Positions 36,782 through 42,290 of a stretch of 42,290 bases of DNA are shown here, piece after piece. This DNA comes from a virus (Duplodnaviria > Caudoviricetes), in the IMG/VR virus record IMGVR_UViG_3300027969_000179, positions 1 to 42,290 of that record. The stretch is one strand, 5' to 3'. The position numbers were made by a program, and so were the translations under genes. The notes under the pieces were generated by a model. That model was not told where the DNA came from. It saw nothing but the letters and a program-made list of their open reading frames with translations, and ran no database searches. Position 1 is the stretch's first letter; every line of letters starts with the position of its first letter.

Positions 36782-37700
36782 CCACGATTCGTTCATAGAA
36801 TGATAAGACAGTTTCTGCATTCCACTTGTCGTAGAATTCATTTAGTGGTTCAGCGCCAGCGGCAATGATATCTTTGATTGATGTTTTAGTCAAGTCGTTG
36901 AAGTCTCTACGCATATGCTTTAGAAAACTAGAATCATTCACACCAAATGGCTTACGTGATGCTAATGCTCTGTCAAGTGAACTACTCACACCATAAACGC
37001 TTGATGTTGAGTACCAATAGAGGTTGATATCGTTACCATTCAACCAACGAATCAAATCTTCTTTATCTAAGAATTCTTGATTAACATTGATTTGCACATT
37101 TGGATTAGCAAGACTGCGACACTCATCAATTAATGATTCGGATAGTTTACCTGAAGCATCAACAAACGCACCATTAGATACGTGCAGATTGAGAATAACA
37201 TCTTCAGTAAATTGTTCGTTGATTAGTTTAATAATCGCAGGCATATTCTTTGTGACGTTACCAATACCGCTTGTTCCAATTTTGATTGTCCCATTTGGTT
37301 TGCTATATTGAATATCATCATAGTACATGACTGGAGGTAATCCAGCATATTCATGTTCTTCAACTTTCATCATTGGGTCAGTATACACATAAGAATCGAT
37401 ACCTGTAAACTTATCTACATGTTCATGCCCAAACAAAACGATTTGTTTAATGCTTGTCTGATTCTTAATCGGACGAGTGATGCCATTGTTCAACCAACGT
37501 AGTGTTACTGGATGGTGATTATAGATAACTGCAAGTGGATAGTTTTGCTCTACCCAATCGTTAAATTCTCTTTCATCATCCGTAGCAAGAAACTCAAATT
37601 GATATTTCTTAGATGTTTTTAGAATGTCATAGAGAGATTCTGCATATTGATAGATGCCACATTCTTTTGTTGCGCCTGTAACTAGGAGTACTTTTTTCAT
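36771..37700 (-). CDS. Putative glycosyltransferase (GT-B-like)
   Basis: CGIYQYAESL N-terminus, IYNHHP, FLDKEDLIRWL..NDINLYWY...GVSSSLDRALASRKPFGV resemble the GT-B C-terminal nucleotide-binding region. Confidence 0.6.
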   Translation of the reverse strand: MKKVLLVTGATKECGIYQYAESLYDILKTSKKYQFEFLATDDEREFNDWVEQNYPLAVIYNHHPVTLRWLNNGITRPIKNQTSIKQIVLFGHEHVDKFTGIDSYVYTDPMMKVEEHEYAGLPPVMYYDDIQYSKPNGTIKIGTSGIGNVTKNMPAIIKLINEQFTEDVILNLHVSNGAFVDASGKLSESLIDECRSLANPNVQINVNQEFLDKEDLIRWLNGNDINLYWYSTSSVYGVSSSLDRALASRKPFGVNDSSFLKHMRRDFNDLTKTSIKDIIAAGAEPLNEFYDKWNAETVLSFYERIVDET

Positions 37701-38653
37701 GTCAATTGTCTTGTTGGATTTTTACTGCTTGAACGGAGTTTACTATTAATTAATTCATTTAGAATTCGAATTGCAACATCGTTGTCTAGTGTATCGCTAA
37801 AATATGAATCGGCAAAGTATTCACCTTCACCCATCAAACAATCTTTTAGCTTGTGGCTGAAACACATGAATATTTTATTTGGGTCGCCCATGTTAAATTT
37901 AGTGTGTGCATACGTGAATGGACCACTATTCTTACCAACAATCAATTCTGCATGTTGACTGATATATGAAATCTTGTTTAGACTACCGACAATCATAGGA
38001 CCAAAGATAACATTACTTGCGTTCATGTCTCTAGTCTTTGTGCCACAGTATGTCACGTTGGGTAAATCAAAATCTAATTCGTCTGTAACTAAGAATTCAC
38101 AATTGTTATGCTCTGTCGCAAGTTGATAGATGATATCTCTCATATCACCCATGCTACTTTGTTCGCTTTGCTGTGGGCTATTGCAGAACAAGAACAGTCG
38201 TTTGTTGTCAACACGTTTTAAATATTCGTCACACTCAGATAAGTCATAGTGTTCCCATTTAATCTGAGGTAAGTAATCTTCGAATGATGGACCAATGTCA
38301 ACGTTTAATTCTTGATAAATTTCACGCCACAAATTATGCAACAACTTAAAGTTTGCATGATCCTTATCACCCATGTACTTTGGAATCAAACATCCAGCCC
38401 ATGTATTGATATAGATTGTTCTACCACCATCAACTTCTGGAACAACATCAACTAGAGTAAACATTCCCATCTTAGGAATTTCATCTAGCTTCAAGTGCTT
38501 AATCTTTAAGTCGCCAATGATATCAGGAAAGTTGTTATGTGCATAAGCAAATTCAATGTCAGGAAACATGCTAATGATTTCTCTAACATATTCTTTGCCT
38601 ATGAAGCAATCACCGTTTCTCCATTGATTGAAGAAAATTACTTTAGTTTTCAT
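37697..38653 (-). CDS. Putative glycosyltransferase-like protein (GT9-like motifs)
   Basis: FFNQWRNGDCF N-terminus and ELIVGKNSGP resemble the xxGD / xxGxDSGP motifs of GT9-type enzymes; cluster context. Confidence 0.45.
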   Translation of the reverse strand: MKTKVIFFNQWRNGDCFIGKEYVREIISMFPDIEFAYAHNNFPDIIGDLKIKHLKLDEIPKMGMFTLVDVVPEVDGGRTIYINTWAGCLIPKYMGDKDHANFKLLHNLWREIYQELNVDIGPSFEDYLPQIKWEHYDLSECDEYLKRVDNKRLFLFCNSPQQSEQSSMGDMRDIIYQLATEHNNCEFLVTDELDFDLPNVTYCGTKTRDMNASNVIFGPMIVGSLNKISYISQHAELIVGKNSGPFTYAHTKFNMGDPNKIFMCFSHKLKDCLMGEGEYFADSYFSDTLDNDVAIRILNELINSKLRSSSKNPTRQLT

Positions 38654-39867
38654 TTAGAGATAATCTTAAATTCTGGACAAGGAACAATGAATGCACCACC
38701 ACTATTCAAAAAGTCTTGTTCACGCTTTTCGAATTCATCAATGAAGTGCCATGGAAGAACCAAAAGATAATCTGGCTTTGCTTTACGCATTTCGTCTTCG
38801 CTGATAATTGGAATGTTTGTTCCAATAGTCTTAAGACCAAACTTGTATGGGCTACGTTCCGCAATCGCAGTAATGTCTTTGCTATCTAATCCAAAGAATT
38901 GCAATAGCGTATTACCTTTAGTGCTTGCACCATAGCCATATACTGTCTTGCCTTTCGAAACTGCATCTCTAACAAAAGAAACAACTTTAACTTTTAGCGC
39001 ATGTAGTTCTGCACCAAATTCTTCCCATGTTGCTGGATCAGAAATATCATTCTCTACTTTTTCATAGTACAAAATACTATTGATTCTGAAGTCACACACA
39101 TCACGCAAAGGTGCTGTAGCAAAACTAGAAACTTCTGCAATGTCTTTCTGCAAATAGATTCTGAAGCTACCGCCATTTGTATCATTCAAACTGCAATCAA
39201 CAATTCTAAAACCATGCTGACCAAATAAAGTCTGAATGCTATTCAAGTCGTAGTAGTAAACGTGTTCATGGCAGATGTTATCAAACGCCATCTGTTTAAT
39301 CATCAACGGAGTATAACTCATTTGCAATACGAGAGTGCCATCGTCATGCAATACGTTGTACAAGTCTTTTACGAATGGATGTGGATCATCTAAGTCATAG
39401 AACATCGCAATGCAACTAATAACTTTTGCTTTCTTATCGCCATATCCAGTTTTCTTCCAAGAGTCATAACTGAAATAGTCTTGAACAACTTTCGTTGCAA
39501 CTTTGGAACTCTCTGCAAGATACGTATCGTCTGCTGGATCGATACCAATCTTAATTAGATTGTCTGGAACGTTACGCAATAGAGTACCATCGTTACATGC
39601 AATGTCAAGCCAAATGTCATCGTCTTTCAATTTAACTCTTGAAGTCACTTCGGCAACAATGCCCTGTAACTCTTTAGTCATGCTTGCGTTGATACCGCTA
39701 CGATACCAATACTGTCCCCACATTGTATCTGCTGGCGCTAGACCATGAAGTTTAACTGCACCTAGCTTAGTGTCTAAGTGCAAGTCTAAACTGTATTTCT
39801 TTCGGGCTTCGCTTTCATCTTTAATGAAGTCGCTTACGTAGTGGTCACCAATTTCAAGTACTCTCAT
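38650..39867 (-). CDS. NDP-sugar C-methyltransferase (class I SAM, C3-methyltransferase-like)
   Basis: YWYRSG, WLDIACNDGTLL, GIDPA, FDNICHEHVYYY, NGGSFR, VYGYGASTKGNTLLQ, PDYLLVLPWHF. Confidence 0.88.
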   Translation of the reverse strand: MRVLEIGDHYVSDFIKDESEARKKYSLDLHLDTKLGAVKLHGLAPADTMWGQYWYRSGINASMTKELQGIVAEVTSRVKLKDDDIWLDIACNDGTLLRNVPDNLIKIGIDPADDTYLAESSKVATKVVQDYFSYDSWKKTGYGDKKAKVISCIAMFYDLDDPHPFVKDLYNVLHDDGTLVLQMSYTPLMIKQMAFDNICHEHVYYYDLNSIQTLFGQHGFRIVDCSLNDTNGGSFRIYLQKDIAEVSSFATAPLRDVCDFRINSILYYEKVENDISDPATWEEFGAELHALKVKVVSFVRDAVSKGKTVYGYGASTKGNTLLQFFGLDSKDITAIAERSPYKFGLKTIGTNIPIISEDEMRKAKPDYLLVLPWHFIDEFEKREQDFLNSGGAFIVPCPEFKIISK

Positions 39868-39869
39868 AT

Positions 39870-40247
39870 TTAATCCTCATGTGATTTTTCTTCAACTAAT
39901 TCAGAATTACAAAGAAGATTTATTTCTTTTTTGATTCTGCTTCTTTCATCATTCGTTTTATATATCTTTCTTGCAACATCAATAAATGCTGATTCAAAAA
40001 AGTTAGTCTTTTCGTAATGTCTAATGTCTTCCTCAAGAAACCACAAACGCAAATTGACTTCCATCAATTGCTGTTGTTGTTCTAGCACATCTTTTTGTAT
40101 TTTAACATATTCATTCAAAGAAGTCAATACATCATGCTCTTTGTGTATATTAACTAACTTATCTGCATCTTTGATTTGATATCGTTTAATTTTGAGTATG
40201 GTAATCTTATCTACAAGTTCACCGACACTTACTGGTATATTAATCAT
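39870..40247 (-). CDS. DUF6165-like protein (glycosylation-cluster associated)
   Basis: IPVSVGELVDKITILKIK...VNLRLWFLEEDIR...ARKIYKTNDERSRIKKEIN...SELVEEKS; start MINI at 40247. Confidence 0.75.
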   Translation of the reverse strand: MINIPVSVGELVDKITILKIKRYQIKDADKLVNIHKEHDVLTSLNEYVKIQKDVLEQQQQLMEVNLRLWFLEEDIRHYEKTNFFESAFIDVARKIYKTNDERSRIKKEINLLCNSELVEEKSHED

Positions 40248-41011
40248 CGTCTTAGAATATCCATCTCTGAACACTCTTCTCCATATTGAAGTTCAATCAA
40301 TTTCAGCATCTCAGTTGTATTGTTAGAGAGTCTGTGCCATTTTTCTTTTGGAATCCAAATGTCCTCATGTTCACCAAAGACACCAACTAGCTTTTCAATT
40401 CCATCGTTAGAAGTATGTAGTGTCGCATAACCTTCAGCAACAAACCAAAACTCAGAACGTTTTTCATGCTTCTGCATACTCAATGACTTGCCAGGTTCAA
40501 CGTTTAACTCTTTTACTTTAAGAGTCTTACCTGTCTCATGTAGCACACGATAGTTACCCCATTGTCTGTCTGTCTTTGGTGCTTTCCACTCTTCAAGAAT
40601 CCATCGGCTACTGTTTTGTTTATTCTGTCCACCGACACCAAACACGAACTTCACTCTTGGATTATCTGCATACTCATCTTGTTCTGGCACATTAGTGTGG
40701 TCTCTGTCTCCACCATTTGCAAAGATGATTTCTGCATTAGGATATTCTTCTAGTAGAATACGAATGCAATCAATGCTGTTATTAGTGTCATCATTAAATG
40801 ATAACGCTTCACTTACCATTGAAAGATTTGATATGATTGCAATGCGTTCTTGAATAGGCATAAATGCACGACCCTTCTTACGAGAGAGCCATGCATCGCT
40901 ATTCAAGCCAACAACTAATCTGTCGCCTAGTTGAGCCGCATCTTGAAAGTAAGAGATATGTCCAGAGTGTAGTGGATCAAATCCACCTGTCGCTAAAACA
41001 AGTTTTGTCAT
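40244..41011 (-). CDS. Cytidylyltransferase-like (HxGH) domain fused to mannose-6-phosphate isomerase type II cupin
   Basis: ATGGFDPLHSGH...VGLNSD.WL.RKKG..FM...ER...FANGGDR...K.NSS; C-terminal RQWGNY...KVKELNVEPGKSLSMQKHEKRSEFWFV...HRLSN...IELQYG. Confidence 0.88.
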   Translation of the reverse strand: MTKLVLATGGFDPLHSGHISYFQDAAQLGDRLVVGLNSDAWLSRKKGRAFMPIQERIAIISNLSMVSEALSFNDDTNNSIDCIRILLEEYPNAEIIFANGGDRDHTNVPEQDEYADNPRVKFVFGVGGQNKQNSSRWILEEWKAPKTDRQWGNYRVLHETGKTLKVKELNVEPGKSLSMQKHEKRSEFWFVAEGYATLHTSNDGIEKLVGVFGEHEDIWIPKEKWHRLSNNTTEMLKLIELQYGEECSEMDILRR

Positions 41012-41013
41012 AA

Positions 41014-42030
41014 TTAATAATGGTTTTCTTTAAATTCAAATTTACACATTTCATGCACTAAGTCTTTGAAAGAATATTTAGGCACCCAATTTAACTTCTG
41101 TTTTGCTTTTGTGCAATCACCAAGCAATGTGTTCACTTCAGCAGGACGATAAAATTCTTCAGACACTTCAATGAGTCTCTGTCCAGTTTTCATGTCGATA
41201 CCAACTTCGTCTAAGCCTTCACCTTGCCATTCAATTTGAATTCCAATGTAGTCTGCAACCATATCACAGAAGTCTCTGACTGAATGTTGTTCACCGCTAG
41301 AGATAACATAGTCATCTGATACATCTTTTTGCACTAGAAGATACATTGCTTCTACGTAATCTTTAGCATGACCCCAATCTCTGAGTGCTTCTAAGTTACC
41401 CAAACGTAATGGCTTTCTATCTCCCATCCATGCGTTCATAAGTCCTTGCACAATTTTACGTGTAACAAATTCAGGACCTCTACGTGGACTTTCGTGATTG
41501 AATAGAATACCATTAGATGCGTGAATGTCATAACTTTCACGATAGTTGACAGTAATCCAATATGCATATAATTTTGCAACTGCATATGGACTACGTGGAT
41601 AGAATGGAGTTTTTTCTGTTTGAGGTACTTGTTGAACCATACCATACAATTCGCTTGTTGATGCTTGATAGAATTTACATCTCTTATCTAAACCTCGAAT
41701 TGTTTCTAACATAGTGAGTACGCTGATGCCATTTACTTGTCCAGTAAATTCGGGCATTTGAAAACTTACGCCAACATGAGATTGTGCGGCTAAGTTGTAT
41801 ACTTCATCTGGTTGTGTTTTTACAATGATGTTTCGAACATTTGCAGTATCAGTTAAATCGCTGACATGCAGTTTGATATCGTCTTTGATGTGTTCAATAT
41901 TTGTAGTATTGAAACCTGTGCTGAGTCTACGTGCAAGTCCATGCACTTCGTAGCCTTTACTCAATAGAAGTTCTGCTAAGTAACTTCCATCTTGTCCTGT
42001 GATTCCTGTAATCAATGCAACTTTGCTCAT
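41014..42030 (-). CDS. gmd: GDP-mannose 4,6-dehydratase
   Basis: [84 protein letters not shown]. Confidence 0.97.
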   Translation of the reverse strand: MSKVALITGITGQDGSYLAELLLSKGYEVHGLARRLSTGFNTTNIEHIKDDIKLHVSDLTDTANVRNIIVKTQPDEVYNLAAQSHVGVSFQMPEFTGQVNGISVLTMLETIRGLDKRCKFYQASTSELYGMVQQVPQTEKTPFYPRSPYAVAKLYAYWITVNYRESYDIHASNGILFNHESPRRGPEFVTRKIVQGLMNAWMGDRKPLRLGNLEALRDWGHAKDYVEAMYLLVQKDVSDDYVISSGEQHSVRDFCDMVADYIGIQIEWQGEGLDEVGIDMKTGQRLIEVSEEFYRPAEVNTLLGDCTKAKQKLNWVPKYSFKDLVHEMCKFEFKENHY

Positions 42031-42048
42031 GTAATCTCCATAAATTAG

Positions 42049-42215
42049 TGACAGGTTATTCTGTTACGAGGAAACCTGTCGAAACCCTAGTCAGCGTTTA
42101 GGCTGCCAATGCGAAACGTGAGTCGTTTGCGTTTACTTTGTTTTCTTCTTTTTACATCGTTGCTGATGTGCTGTCCACTCTGTTACTCTTTGCCCTGTCG
42201 AAACTATGCACCCCC
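42049..42215 (-). ncRNA. ssrA: tmRNA coding piece (probably a permuted two-piece tmRNA); tag peptide ANDSRFALAA
   Basis: Minus strand starts GGGGGTGCATAGTTTCGACAGGG, a tmRNA 5' tRNA-like-domain start. An A-rich pre-resume region leads to GTAAAC-GCA AAC GAC TCA CGT TTC GCA TTG GCA GCC TAA (42130-42098). It ends in the hairpin GACAGGTT...AACCTGTC (42080-42050). No T-arm or CCA is present before gmd. Confidence 0.85.
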
Positions 42216-42290
42216 ATCAAAAGCATTCTTAATCTCCAGCATACTTGTGGGGATCAATCCACTTTCAACCTTCTTCGATCCTGCGTCCAG

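Noticed and set aside
31204-36841. Longer upstream starts given in the ORF track (gp32 31263, gp33 32231, 32466, 36099, 36841)
   Set aside because: The extensions overlap promoters or neighbouring genes; downstream ATGs have Shine-Dalgarno sites or stop-start coupling and match family N-termini.
32958-42030. Host chromosomal O-antigen or capsule locus (prophage boundary or chimeric assembly)
   Set aside because: Same AT-rich composition, strand and tight packing as the flanking phage genes; no wzx, wzy or ABC export genes and no att site or integrase.
1-42290. Stop-codon reassignment (TAG or TGA recoding), as in some large phages
   Set aside because: Conserved genes are full length in code 11, and TAG/TGA end genes at expected positions (gp7 TAG at 10949-10951, several ATGA overlaps).
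42204-42290. Minus-strand open frame LDAGSKKVESGLIPTSMLEIKNAFDGGA* running into the tmRNA 5' end, and a T-arm-like GGACGCAGGATCGAA at the window edge
   Set aside because: The frame is only 28 codons, truncated and overlaps the tmRNA acceptor strand. The T-arm-like string lacks its complementary CCTGC and any acceptor/CCA, so neither can be called.

Overview
A 42.3 kb segment of a large T4-like myovirus genome, AT-rich, densely coding and read in the standard genetic code. Bases 1-30239 are the tail and baseplate morphogenesis region. On the minus strand are tail fibres with a Gly-rich adhesin, a 2050-aa DUF4815/VrlC-like structural protein, and gp8, gp7, gp6, gp25, gp5, a hub protein, gp53 and gp48. 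On the plus strand are gp4, gp2, gp54, gp26, gp51, a 3TM holin-like protein and a 1512-aa tape-measure-like protein carrying an M23 peptidase. Next come gp32-gp59-gp33 and a SleB-like wall hydrolase. From 32958 to 42030 is a tightly coupled 12-gene, about 9 kb nucleotide-sugar/glycan cluster (gmd, cytidylyltransferase-cupin fusion, C-methyltransferase, GT-like proteins, WavE-like, HAD phosphatase, PfkB kinase, nucleotidyltransferase-RpiB fusion, cupin, mini-GDPD). Features absent from the ORF track include: (i) a tmRNA coding piece with tag ANDSRFALAA and no 3' acceptor half downstream, so apparently a permuted two-piece tmRNA, pointing to a betaproteobacterial host; (ii) a 58-aa Hc1/histone-H1-like gene between gp5 and gp25; (iii) a palindrome-laden sigma70 promoter firing antisense into gene 5. 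Two genes inside the baseplate operon carry T4-style capsid-targeting N-termini, one of them a P-loop kinase. All family assignments come from motif recognition and synteny, not from database searches.
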